NCBI GenBank assembly: GCA_029215955.1
Contig: JAEMVA010000044.1
Coordinates: 1 to 14,041 of the forward strand
Reading direction: 5' to 3'
Length of the DNA stretch: 14,041 nt
Source of the DNA: Sulfurimonas sp. SAG-AH-194-I05
GTDB taxonomy: Bacteria; Campylobacterota; Campylobacteria; Campylobacterales; Sulfurimonadaceae
Of the stretch, positions 6,746-14,041 are shown one piece after another (within the stretch, counting starts at the first letter, position 1; the number at the start of each line of letters is the position of its first letter). The position numbers and the translations under genes are program-made. The notes under the pieces are model-generated. The model searched no databases. It saw only the letters and a list, made by a program, of their open reading frames with translations, and had not been told where the DNA came from.

Positions 6746-7287
6746 TGAGTGAAACTTTTGATAAATTCTTGAAATTATTGCATTTAGAACCTAGAACACT
6801 GTTTGGAATAGTGTTACTTGGAAGTATATTGCTCTTTGGTACAGAAGAATTTTTAACTACTTTTGGATTAGAATTGTTCAGGAATGACTACAAAGGCTGG
6901 ATAGGAATAATAACTTTAATTTCAGCTATATTCTTTCTAATTCAACTATTACCTTGGATACAAAATATATATCATCAATATAAATATGAGCAAAAGGTCA
7001 TAGAATATCTAAGCAGTTTATCTCGTGAAGAATCTTTGCTTTTGTTGTACTGTAAACGAAAGAAACAACAAAGTTTATCTTTACCAGTTACCCATGGTAC
7101 AGCAAAGTCCTTGGTATCAAAAGGAATAATGGAACAAGCAGGTGGTAATGGTAGCATGATGGAATGGCCATATACAGTAAGTAATATTGTTTGGAAAAAG
7201 ATATTAACAGACGAGACAGTATTGCCTCATATTGTACCTGATGACGAGCTGAAAAGATATGAACAAGTTATTTATAACATATATTAG
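6745..7287 (+). CDS. Two-TM membrane protein resembling the superinfection exclusion protein B (SieB) family (180 aa)
   Basis: Its start overlaps the previous stop (TAATG at 6743-6747), with an AAGGA RBS 8 nt upstream. Two hydrophobic helices are present: TLFGIVLLGSILLFGT (aa 18-33) and GWIGIITLISAIFFLIQLLPWI (aa 51-72). The soluble tail is ...VIEYLSSLSREESLLLLYCKRKKQQSLSLPVTHGTAKSLVSKGIMEQAGGNG.... This layout matches my memory of SieB-family (Pfam SieB) proteins: N-terminal 'L.LP.r.lf.i.l.s...LF.p...l..lgL..f...y..wIGi..l.s...l', then 'L..Ls..Ek..L..f...........l.......v..L..kGI'. The assignment comes from recall, not from a search. Confidence 0.55.
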   Translation: MSETFDKFLKLLHLEPRTLFGIVLLGSILLFGTEEFLTTFGLELFRNDYKGWIGIITLISAIFFLIQLLPWIQNIYHQYKYEQKVIEYLSSLSREESLLLLYCKRKKQQSLSLPVTHGTAKSLVSKGIMEQAGGNGSMMEWPYTVSNIVWKKILTDETVLPHIVPDDELKRYEQVIYNIY

Positions 7288-7296
7288 GACTGAATA

Positions 7297-10200
7297 ATGA
7301 TTAACGAAGACCAAGTAGAACAGTTAGCGATAGAGTGGTTTAAAGAGTTAGGATATGACTACTTATGCGGTTACGACATTGCTCCAGATAGTGATGATCC
7401 ACAAAGAGAAAACTATCAAGAAGTGTTACTTTCTAAACGCTTACATGTAGCCCTAACTAAACTCAACCCAACACTTCCAGCTTCTGCCATAGATGAAGCT
7501 CTCCATATTCTACAAAAGCCACAACACACTAGCCTCATCCAAAACAACCGTGCTTTTCAGATACAACTTTTACAAGGTATCTCTGTAGATGTTAAAGTAG
7601 CAGATGAAACAAAAGGTGAAGTTGTTAAGATCGTAGATTTTCACAACATAGAGAACAATGACTTCTTAGTTGTAAATCAATTCACCATAAAAGGCACAAA
7701 AGGCAATCGCAGACCTGACTTGGTAGTGTTCATAAATGGACTTCCTATCTCTGTCATAGAGCTAAAAAATCCTGCTGATGAAAATGCAGATATATTTAAA
7801 GCCTACAACCAACTACGAACTTATAAGGATGAGATAGAAGACCTCTTTGTTTACAATGAAGCTTTGGTTATCAGTGATGGTATCAATGCCCGTGTTGGCT
7901 CCCTTACTGCTACTGATGAGCGATATATGCAGTGGAGAACTATCAAGGACGAAAACGATAAACCACTCTTAGAGTATGAACTAGACACACTCATAAAAGG
8001 TTTCTTCGAGAAAGAACATCTACTAGACTACATACAAAGCTTTGTTCTGTTTGAGGATGATGGAAAGAATATCATTAAAAAGATAGCAGGGTATTATCAG
8101 TTTCATGCGGTAAGAGCTGCTGTAGACTCTGTTATGCAAGCATCTATCAGTGGAAGCAAACGCGGGGGTGTTGTTTGGCATACTCAAGGAAGTGGAAAGT
8201 CTATCTCTATGGCTTGTTTTGCAGGGAAATTAACAAGACAGAGTGAGATGAAAAACCCTACACTTTTGGTAGTAACAGATAGAAACGACTTAGACGGTCA
8301 GCTTTTTGCAACATTTTCAAGTGCGAAGATGTTACTGGGTCAAGAACCGGTACAGATAGATAGTGTGGATGATTTGAGAGAGACCCTACAGAACAAACCC
8401 TCTGGTGGGATTATATTTACGACTATACAGAAGTTCTCTTTGAAGAAAACAGAAAGTCAGTTTCCTATATTGAGTGAGAGAAGCAATATTGTAGTTATTG
8501 CTGATGAAGCACACCGAAGTCAGTATGGATTTGATGCGGTGCTTAACTCTGAGACGGGAGCTTACAAGTACGGCTATGCACAACACCTTAGAGATGCTAT
8601 TCCTAATGCTACATTTATTGGGTTTACGGGAACACCTATTGAGAGTGAAGACAAAGACACTCGTGCGGTATTTGGTGAGTACATTTCTGTGTATGACATT
8701 GAAGATGCGGTAGCTGATGGTGCTACTGTGCCTATTTATTATGAGAGTCGATTGGCGAAGTTAGATTTAGATTCGGATGTGTTAAAAGAGATAGATGAGG
8801 AAGTGGGTGAACTTGTTGAAGATGAAGAAGCAAGTGATGCTGAGAAGTTCAAAAGTAAGTGGAGTGCATTAGAAAAGCTTGTTGGGTCTAAGCCTAGGAT
8901 AGAGCAAGTTGCTCGTGACTTAGTGGAACACTTCGAAGATAGGATAGCGGCTATTGAGGGTAAAGGGATGATTGTTGCGATGAGTCGTCAGATTGCAGTT
9001 GAGTTGTATGATGCTATTGTAGCGATTAGACCTGATTGGCATGATGAAGATCCTACTAAGGGAGCTATAAAAGTTATCATGACGGGTAGTGCTAGTGATA
9101 GCGAAAAACTACAACAGCATATCTACAACAAGCAGACTAAAAAAGCATTAGAGAAACGAATCAAAGATGAAAATGATGAGCTGAAACTTGTCATCGTTCG
9201 AGATATGTGGCTTACTGGATTTGATGCACCAAGTATGCACACGATGTACATAGATAAACCGATGAAGTCTCATAACCTTATGCAAGCCATAGCCAGAGTG
9301 AACCGTGTGTTTAAAGACAAAAAAGGTGGTCTTGTTGTTGATTATATTGGGATTGCAAATGAGCTTAAAGCTGCTCTGAAAACTTACACTGGAGCGGGTG
9401 GAAAAGGCACGGGGACTATTGATACAGCAGAAGCACTTGCAGAGATGTTAAAACGACTAGATATTGTGAGTAATATGTATCATGGATTTGATTATAGCGA
9501 GTATGAGACAAAGGCACATATGCTCCTTGCACCTGCTGCGAATCATATACTTGGACTAAAAGATGGAAAAAAACGATACTTAGATGAGGTGTTGGCATTG
9601 ACTAAGGCATTTAGTCTGTGTGGGACACTCGATGCTGCTAAAGAGAAGAAAGAAGAGATAGCATTTTTCCAAGCAGTGAAGTCTATCATTCAAAAGGCTG
9701 GACGAACAGTGAAGAGTAAGAAGGACCCGAACAATGTTATTAAGCAGATAATAGATAATGCTCTTATCTCTGATGGGATTGAAGATATCTTTTCACTTGT
9801 AGGATTAGAGAAGCCAAATATTGGAATATTATCTGCAGAGTTCTTGGCAGATGTTGCGAATATGAAGCATAAGAACTTAGCAGTAGAACTCCTAGAGAAG
9901 CTACTCAATGATGAGATAAAAGCGAAGAGTAGAACAAACATCGTTCAAGAGAAGAAGTTTAGCGATAGACTCCAAGCGACACTTGGGAAGTACCACAATA
10001 GAGCGATAGAAACAGCTAAGGTTATAGAAGAGCTGATTCAGATGGCAAAAGATTTTGCAGCAGCGACTAAGCATGGTGAAGATTTAGGGCTAAACTTTGA
10101 TGAGTTGGCTTTTTATGACGCACTTGCTGAGAATGAGTCAGCGATGAAAGAGATGGGTGATGAGATACTAAAAAGTATTGCTCTTGAACTTACGAATAAA

Positions 10201-10374
10201 CTACGAAATAGCATTAGTGTGGATTGGCAGAAGAGGGAGAGTGTTAGAGCGAAGATGAGAAATATGATTCGTATCATACTTAGACGATTTAAGTATCCAC
10301 CTGATGAACAGATGGAAGCGATAGATATGGTGATGAAACAAGCGGAAGTGCTTAGTGATGAGTGGAGTAAGTAA
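7297..10374 (+). CDS. hsdR: Type I restriction enzyme, endonuclease/translocase subunit R
   Basis: 1025-aa ORF with an AGGA RBS 8 nt upstream. The N-terminal PD-(D/E)xK nuclease motif is [19 protein letters not shown] (aa 139-157, nt 7711-7767). SF2 helicase motif I is HTQGSGKS (aa 295-302, nt 8179-8202), motif II is DEAH (aa 403-406, nt 8503-8514), motif III is GFTGTP and motif VI is QAIARVNR. The helical C-terminal region (...[16 protein letters not shown]...[14 protein letters not shown]...) is typical of long HsdR proteins. Confidence 0.95.
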   Translation: MINEDQVEQLAIEWFKELGYDYLCGYDIAPDSDDPQRENYQEVLLSKRLHVALTKLNPTLPASAIDEALHILQKPQHTSLIQNNRAFQIQLLQGISVDVKVADETKGEVVKIVDFHNIENNDFLVVNQFTIKGTKGNRRPDLVVFINGLPISVIELKNPADENADIFKAYNQLRTYKDEIEDLFVYNEALVISDGINARVGSLTATDERYMQWRTIKDENDKPLLEYELDTLIKGFFEKEHLLDYIQSFVLFEDDGKNIIKKIAGYYQFHAVRAAVDSVMQASISGSKRGGVVWHTQGSGKSISMACFAGKLTRQSEMKNPTLLVVTDRNDLDGQLFATFSSAKMLLGQEPVQIDSVDDLRETLQNKPSGGIIFTTIQKFSLKKTESQFPILSERSNIVVIADEAHRSQYGFDAVLNSETGAYKYGYAQHLRDAIPNATFIGFTGTPIESEDKDTRAVFGEYISVYDIEDAVADGATVPIYYESRLAKLDLDSDVLKEIDEEVGELVEDEEASDAEKFKSKWSALEKLVGSKPRIEQVARDLVEHFEDRIAAIEGKGMIVAMSRQIAVELYDAIVAIRPDWHDEDPTKGAIKVIMTGSASDSEKLQQHIYNKQTKKALEKRIKDENDELKLVIVRDMWLTGFDAPSMHTMYIDKPMKSHNLMQAIARVNRVFKDKKGGLVVDYIGIANELKAALKTYTGAGGKGTGTIDTAEALAEMLKRLDIVSNMYHGFDYSEYETKAHMLLAPAANHILGLKDGKKRYLDEVLALTKAFSLCGTLDAAKEKKEEIAFFQAVKSIIQKAGRTVKSKKDPNNVIKQIIDNALISDGIEDIFSLVGLEKPNIGILSAEFLADVANMKHKNLAVELLEKLLNDEIKAKSRTNIVQEKKFSDRLQATLGKYHNRAIETAKVIEELIQMAKDFAAATKHGEDLGLNFDELAFYDALAENESAMKEMGDEILKSIALELTNKLRNSISVDWQKRESVRAKMRNMIRIILRRFKYPPDEQMEAIDMVMKQAEVLSDEWSK

Positions 10375-10375
10375 G

Positions 10376-12328
10376 ATGATTCAAAATGCAGAAGATATAG
10401 CGAACCTAAGTGAGAGTGTTGAATTAGAGTGTAAACTAGCTAATGGAAGAGATGGTAAAGGTGGATTACCAGGGAAAACTTTTTGGGAAACTTACAGTGC
10501 TTTTGCGAACACTAATGGGGGAACTCTTCTGCTTGGAGTTAAGGAGAATAAAGACCATACCTTTGAGGTTGTCGGAGTTCAAAATATACAGAAAGTTTTA
10601 GATGAACTATGGACATCAGTAGCTAATGTTGAAATAATCAGTTGTAATTTACTACGGGATGAAAATGTCCAAGTTTTGACAATAGATTCTAAAGAAATTA
10701 TAAAGATAGTTATCCCAAGAGCATCACGATATGAGAAGCCTGTTCATCGAACAACGAACCCTATTGAATGGACTTACCAAAGATTACATAGTTCAGATGT
10801 AAAATGCTCGAAAGAGACTGTTCGCCGTATGTTAGCTGAACAACTAGAAGATAGCAGAGATGATAAGCTACTAGAAAATTTCACTATGGCTGATGTTGAT
10901 TTAGAGACACTTCGTTCATATAGACAAATTTATATAAATCGTGATGCAAGTAATGAACGAAATCGTTATGAGGATATTGAATTTCTTCGTAGTATTGGTG
11001 CTTGGAAAAAAGACCGTAAAACAGGGCTAGAAGGTTTGACAATTGCGGGGCTTTTAATGTTTGGAAAGCTTATGAGTATACAAGAAGAGTTTCCAAATTA
11101 TATGCTCGACTATCAAGAAAGAGCTGAAGCTAAAACTGAGGCTAGATGGATAGATCGCATTAGCTTAGATGGAACATGGTCTGGGAACTTATTTGATTTT
11201 TACACTCGTGTCATTCGTAAGTTAACAATTGATTTGAAAATTCCTTTTCAACTCAAAGGAGACCAGAGACAAGATACTACACCAGTGCATGATGCACTCC
11301 GTGAAGCATTGGTAAATACTATTGTACATGCTGACTACAGCGGTAAAGCTTCTGTCTTAATAGTGAAGAGACCAGATATGTTTGGATTTAGAAATCCTGG
11401 ACTAATGCGAATTTCTATTGAGCAGGCAGTAAGTGGATATGAACACGATTGTAGGAATGAGAAACTACATCAGATGTTTCATTTCATAGGTCTTGGGGAA
11501 AGAGCAGGTTCTGGTATACCAAATATATTTAAGTGGTGGGGAGCGAATCACTGGAGACCTCCATATTTACATGAGAAGCTAGAACCGTATGATCAAACAC
11601 TCTTTGAATTACGAATGGTAGATTTGATTTCAGAGGATATTATTGTTGAGATGCAAAGGCTATTTGGAGAACAATTTAACAGTTTAAATAATACTGCTAG
11701 GCTAATCTTAGCTACAGCATACAGCGAACAAACAGTTACTCATGCAAGGCTCAAAGAGATTAGCGATACTCATAATTATGATTTATCACAGACCTTACAT
11801 AAGTTAGTGCAGGATCGTATGCTATCCTCAAATGGCTATGGACAAGGAACAGTTTATTTTCTTCCAAACCAAACTCTTGTTACTCCAGATGATGTTTTTG
11901 GGGCTACAGTAACACATAACAATGAAGTAGTTACTCATAATGGAGAGACAGTAAAATATGGTGGTCTATGGGTTAGCTCTGGGGGTATGGGTGTAAGCTC
12001 TGGGGGTTATGTAGTTGATGGACTAGCTTATCCGATTTTTGATAGCATTGGCTCCCTTAGTGATGAGCTTACGGAGAGTTTACATGCTATGGCGAAGCCA
12101 GTAATTGATAGCAAGAGGTTTCCTAAAACTGAGTTTAGAACAATTGTAAAGAACTTATGTGTAGAGAAATATCTTACATTAGCTGTTTTAGCTGAACTAC
12201 TCAATAGAACTGAGGATTATATTCGTAAAGATATACTAAATCCTATGGTTGAAGAAGAAGAACTTTTACGAGCATTCCCAAAGACACCGAATGATCCTAG
12301 ACAGGCATACACATCAACAAAAGTATAA
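10376..12328 (+). CDS. COG2865-type protein: N-terminal AlbA_2 (Schlafen-like) domain, HATPase_c_4-like domain and C-terminal winged-helix segments (650 aa)
   Basis: I moved the start to ATG 10376. It lies 1 nt after the hsdR stop at 10372-10374, with GGAG at 10363-10366. The track used GTG 10355. The N-terminus ...SESVELECK...YSAFANTNGGTLLLGV fits the AlbA_2 signature 'E...lEfK ... AfaNt.GG.l.iGv'. The middle ...ALREALVNTIVHADYS...GFRNPG...RNEKLHQMFHFIGLGERAGSGIPNIF fits the HATPase_c_4 signature. wHTH-like segments and the terminal ...PNDPRQAY are typical of this family, which is often annotated as 'RecG-like ATP-binding protein' or 'transcriptional regulator'. Confidence 0.8.
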   Translation: MIQNAEDIANLSESVELECKLANGRDGKGGLPGKTFWETYSAFANTNGGTLLLGVKENKDHTFEVVGVQNIQKVLDELWTSVANVEIISCNLLRDENVQVLTIDSKEIIKIVIPRASRYEKPVHRTTNPIEWTYQRLHSSDVKCSKETVRRMLAEQLEDSRDDKLLENFTMADVDLETLRSYRQIYINRDASNERNRYEDIEFLRSIGAWKKDRKTGLEGLTIAGLLMFGKLMSIQEEFPNYMLDYQERAEAKTEARWIDRISLDGTWSGNLFDFYTRVIRKLTIDLKIPFQLKGDQRQDTTPVHDALREALVNTIVHADYSGKASVLIVKRPDMFGFRNPGLMRISIEQAVSGYEHDCRNEKLHQMFHFIGLGERAGSGIPNIFKWWGANHWRPPYLHEKLEPYDQTLFELRMVDLISEDIIVEMQRLFGEQFNSLNNTARLILATAYSEQTVTHARLKEISDTHNYDLSQTLHKLVQDRMLSSNGYGQGTVYFLPNQTLVTPDDVFGATVTHNNEVVTHNGETVKYGGLWVSSGGMGVSSGGYVVDGLAYPIFDSIGSLSDELTESLHAMAKPVIDSKRFPKTEFRTIVKNLCVEKYLTLAVLAELLNRTEDYIRKDILNPMVEEEELLRAFPKTPNDPRQAYTSTKV

Positions 12329-12414
12329 TGATATAAACTAAGCGATAAGCAGACCAATGCAAATGTAGAAGGCAATACGAATCTCTACTTGATGGGACAA
12401 AAGCAACTGTTTCA

Positions 12415-13110
12415 TTATGCTGCAACCTGAGAGTTAATAGGCTTACTCCATTTACGGGAATTTCCATTCCAGAAGTAGCCTGCATTTTTAATTTCAGCTT
12501 TATAGGTAAAGGTATCTCCACCTGTCACGATCAGCTCTCCATTTTGTTCAACTACAACTAGACCTAATGAAGCTAAATCATAATTAGTATTTGTTTGGGG
12601 TTGATGTTGAATTTGTTGAGGCTCTTGCATCTGTTGTTGACTTCCTCTAATTTGATTTGAATTAGTGTAGTCTACATCCCTCTGCTGTGGGTCGTACAAT
12701 GGATTTCCCAGAGAATTTCCGAAGCTTTTGGCACTGCGTTTAATTCCATCAGAAACACTCGCTTTGGATGCAGTTTCCATTGCTTCACCTAGAGACTTTG
12801 CCACTGATACAGACACACCATTGTCTTCACGAACTATATAATGCTTATGTGCTGTGTCCCAAACTTTGAGTCTTACTATGGCAGAAAATGTTACTACGAA
12901 GTTGCCGTTCTGATTTGTTGTAGAGCTAATCATATCCAGTCTTTTAACTTGTGTCTCCCATCCATCGTAACCGAAGATAAGATTGAGTGTATTGATGATG
13001 TCAAAAGTAGGAAGATAAGAGAACTTTCTCCCTGCTTTCTCTAGTGTTTTCACTCTTGAACCATCCAGAGGATAGCTTAAAAGCTTTTGTTGTCTATCGT
13101 TGAAAAACAT
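12415..13110 (-). CDS. Rad52/Rad22-family single-strand annealing protein (phage Sak-like recombinase) with a Q-rich linker and an extra C-terminal module (231 aa)
   Basis: I moved the start to ATG (complement of 13108-13110) with AAGGAG 6 nt upstream. The track used TTG 13140, which would overlap the upstream gene. The core is MFFNDRQQKLLSYPLDGSRVKTLEKAGRKFSYLPTFDIINTLNLIFGYDGWETQV...ASKASVSDGIKRSAKSFGNSLGNPLYD. It fits the conserved core of prophage Rad52-family proteins ('L..PL....vk.r...g..lsY.....vi..lN.iFG.dGW' and 'sDa.KRa.k.fGn.lGn.LYd'). Confidence 0.8.
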   Translation of the reverse strand: MFFNDRQQKLLSYPLDGSRVKTLEKAGRKFSYLPTFDIINTLNLIFGYDGWETQVKRLDMISSTTNQNGNFVVTFSAIVRLKVWDTAHKHYIVREDNGVSVSVAKSLGEAMETASKASVSDGIKRSAKSFGNSLGNPLYDPQQRDVDYTNSNQIRGSQQQMQEPQQIQHQPQTNTNYDLASLGLVVVEQNGELIVTGGDTFTYKAEIKNAGYFWNGNSRKWSKPINSQVAA

Positions 13111-13123
13111 AATATACTCCTTT

Positions 13124-13711
13124 TTATGCTGCTGCTTCAACTAAGTTGAGCAGTTCATCAGCTTGTGTATTTATCGCTGATCGTTTTGTGTTTATTTTAA
13201 TCTTTGCAGGTGTAATGATGTCTTCTGAAGAAACTGATACAAACGCATCCAATTCTTTGAAACCATTTACAGTTTTCATGGCTAAGGTTATTTCTTCAAT
13301 ATCTGGTTCATATTTGATATACCCGAGTCTCATTACGGCTTTAGCATCTGTAACGACAAGAGATGTCTTAGTTTTTACAGATGGCTTCGTGAGAGTAAGA
13401 GAACTGATAATGTTCCCATCTATACGATCCACACCATTATCTTCAAACACAGAAGCGGTAACTTCCTTAGCTATATCTAAGGCAGATGTTAGTTTTTTCT
13501 TCAACTGCTGTAGCTCTTGAATATCTTGAGCAAGAAAATCTATCTTGGACTTCAGTTCATTAAGCGACAAGCCAACATAATCAGCTCGTTGATGATAAGG
13601 CTTCGAGTTGTCCTCAATAATAGTGCGAATATAATCTGCGAAGAACTCTGTTGACTTCTCTGATGAAAGCGACTCTATTTGTGTTTGTAGCTGGTAATTT
13701 ACAAGTTTCAT
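13124..13711 (-). CDS. Phage coiled-coil protein with Gp157-like / Mu-Gam-like architecture (195 aa); family assignment tentative
   Basis: ORF from the track with an AAGGAAA RBS 7 nt upstream. A central heptad-like coiled coil (LNELKSKIDFLAQDIQELQQLKKKLTSALDIAKE) is followed by a beta-rich C-terminal part (...SLTLTKPSVKTKTSLVVTD...IKINTKR). It sits immediately upstream of the annealing protein, where phages commonly place Gp157-family or Gam-like genes. I cannot tell the two families apart by eye. Confidence 0.4.
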   Translation of the reverse strand: MKLVNYQLQTQIESLSSEKSTEFFADYIRTIIEDNSKPYHQRADYVGLSLNELKSKIDFLAQDIQELQQLKKKLTSALDIAKEVTASVFEDNGVDRIDGNIISSLTLTKPSVKTKTSLVVTDAKAVMRLGYIKYEPDIEEITLAMKTVNGFKELDAFVSVSSEDIITPAKIKINTKRSAINTQADELLNLVEAAA

Positions 13712-13809
13712 TTGTATTTCCTTTTGATGTAATTAATATATTTGAAGTAAGCTGGTCTGCTCACAAGGACTATGGCAGTAGCGGTAGTGAGTATTAGAAC
13801 AAGGCTCAT
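13708..13809 (-). CDS. Possible small hydrophobic peptide (33 aa), below the ORF-track size cutoff
   Basis: Reverse-strand translation gives MSLVLILTTATAIVLVSRPAYFKYINYIKRKYK, one TM-like stretch followed by a basic tail. Its ATG is 1 nt after the upstream stop (TAA 13811-13813). Its TGA overlaps the next start (ATGA at 13708-13711), so it fills the gap between two genes exactly. No Shine-Dalgarno sequence is visible. The 99 bp could instead be a plain intergenic promoter region. Confidence 0.25.
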   Translation of the reverse strand: MSLVLILTTATAIVLVSRPAYFKYINYIKRKYK

Positions 13810-13810
13810 T

Positions 13811-14041
13811 TTATGCAGCCATTAGATAAGATGGAGATTTCAAGTCTGCCATTGTTTGCACCGTTGAGAATAGCTCCTTATTTAATTTTAGATTTGTATC
13901 GATTGCAGTGATAGGCTTTGAAGTAAAAGCTCTACCTGTATGTTTATTGTAGCCTTTGACTCCTCCTCTAATAATGGACTCTTGTATACGGTTAAATACA
14001 GTCCACAATGATGAGTCATCATCCTCTTTTCGATGAACATA
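13811..14041 (-). CDS. DUF932-like (phage/plasmid/ICE-associated) protein, C-terminal 76 aa; the 5' end runs off the right edge of the window
   Basis: The track ORF (TTG at 14008) stays open in frame to base 14041: YVHRKEDDDSSLWTVFNRIQESIIRGGVKGYNKHTGRAFTSKPITAIDTNLKLNKELFSTVQTMADL.... The pattern 'LW.vFNR.QE.l.kGG..g.....r....r.i..id....lN..LW' is as I remember it for C-termini of DUF932 (formerly DUF945) proteins of integrative and conjugative elements. Confidence 0.55.
   Translation of the reverse strand, partial: YVHRKEDDDSSLWTVFNRIQESIIRGGVKGYNKHTGRAFTSKPITAIDTNLKLNKELFSTVQTMADLKSPSYLMAA

Larger units (their letters stand above)
1..14041. mobile_element. Internal fragment of a phage-like, satellite-like or integrative element carrying a defence cargo; neither end is visible in this window
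   Basis: The gene content is HUH Rep, Xis-like HTH, Rad52-family recombinase, Gp157/Gam-like protein and DUF932 protein, all on one strand. They flank an opposite-strand R-M operon. No integrase, att site or terminal repeat is present in the window. Confidence 0.45.

Noticed and set aside
10355-10375. GTG start at 10355 for the COG2865-type gene, as in the ORF track
   Set aside because: It would overlap hsdR by 20 nt and has no RBS. The ATG at 10376 has GGAG at a proper distance and begins at the conserved N-terminus. Similar reasoning moved hsdS from TTG 4305 to ATG 4311, and the Rad52-like gene from TTG 13140 to ATG 13110.
12329-12414. Expected bidirectional rho-independent terminator in the convergent gap between the COG2865 gene and the Rad52-like gene
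   Set aside because: I found no GC-rich stem followed by a T-run on either strand, only a TAAGC-GA-TAAGC direct repeat. No terminator can be supported by eye. The same applies to 1578-1682.
12297-12521. Minus-strand 74-aa ORF spanning the convergent junction between the COG2865 gene and the Rad52-like gene
   Set aside because: It overlaps the 3' ends of both real genes out of frame, and no RBS is present. It is most likely spurious.
1-14041. CRISPR arrays, tRNA/rRNA genes, IS elements with terminal inverted repeats, integrase genes
   Set aside because: I saw no regularly spaced direct repeats, no cloverleaf-like GC-rich segments in the short intergenic regions, and no transposase-like or integrase-like ORFs. 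The window appears fully occupied by the genes listed.

Overview
This is an AT-rich accessory or mobile region. I recognise no rRNA, tRNA, CRISPR array or IS element in it. The centre (2717-12328, + strand) is one tightly packed six-gene operon. It runs: type I restriction-modification genes hsdM and hsdS, two small membrane-protein genes, hsdR, and a COG2865-type protein with AlbA_2/Schlafen-like and HATPase_c_4-like domains. The first membrane protein (5675-6745) has Pro-punctuated 'DPM' repeats, one TM helix and an SH3b-like C-terminus. The second (6745-7287) has two TM helices and a C-terminal domain resembling the SieB superinfection-exclusion family. An orphan 313-aa gene (1683-2624, -) is transcribed divergently from hsdM. 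Both flanks read on the minus strand and look like one phage/ICE-like replication-recombination module split by this cargo. On the right are a DUF932-like C-terminus, a possible 33-aa TM peptide, a Gp157/Gam-like coiled-coil protein and a Rad52-family annealing protein. On the left are a frameshifted Xis/AlpA-like HTH gene, a 107-aa ORF and an HUH rolling-circle Rep that runs off the window edge. The best candidate for an undescribed system is the two-gene membrane cassette. It sits between hsdS and hsdR, the position the anticodon nuclease PrrC occupies in the E. coli prr locus. All family assignments were made by eye from remembered family motifs. No searches or computations were run, so they need HMM or structure confirmation.
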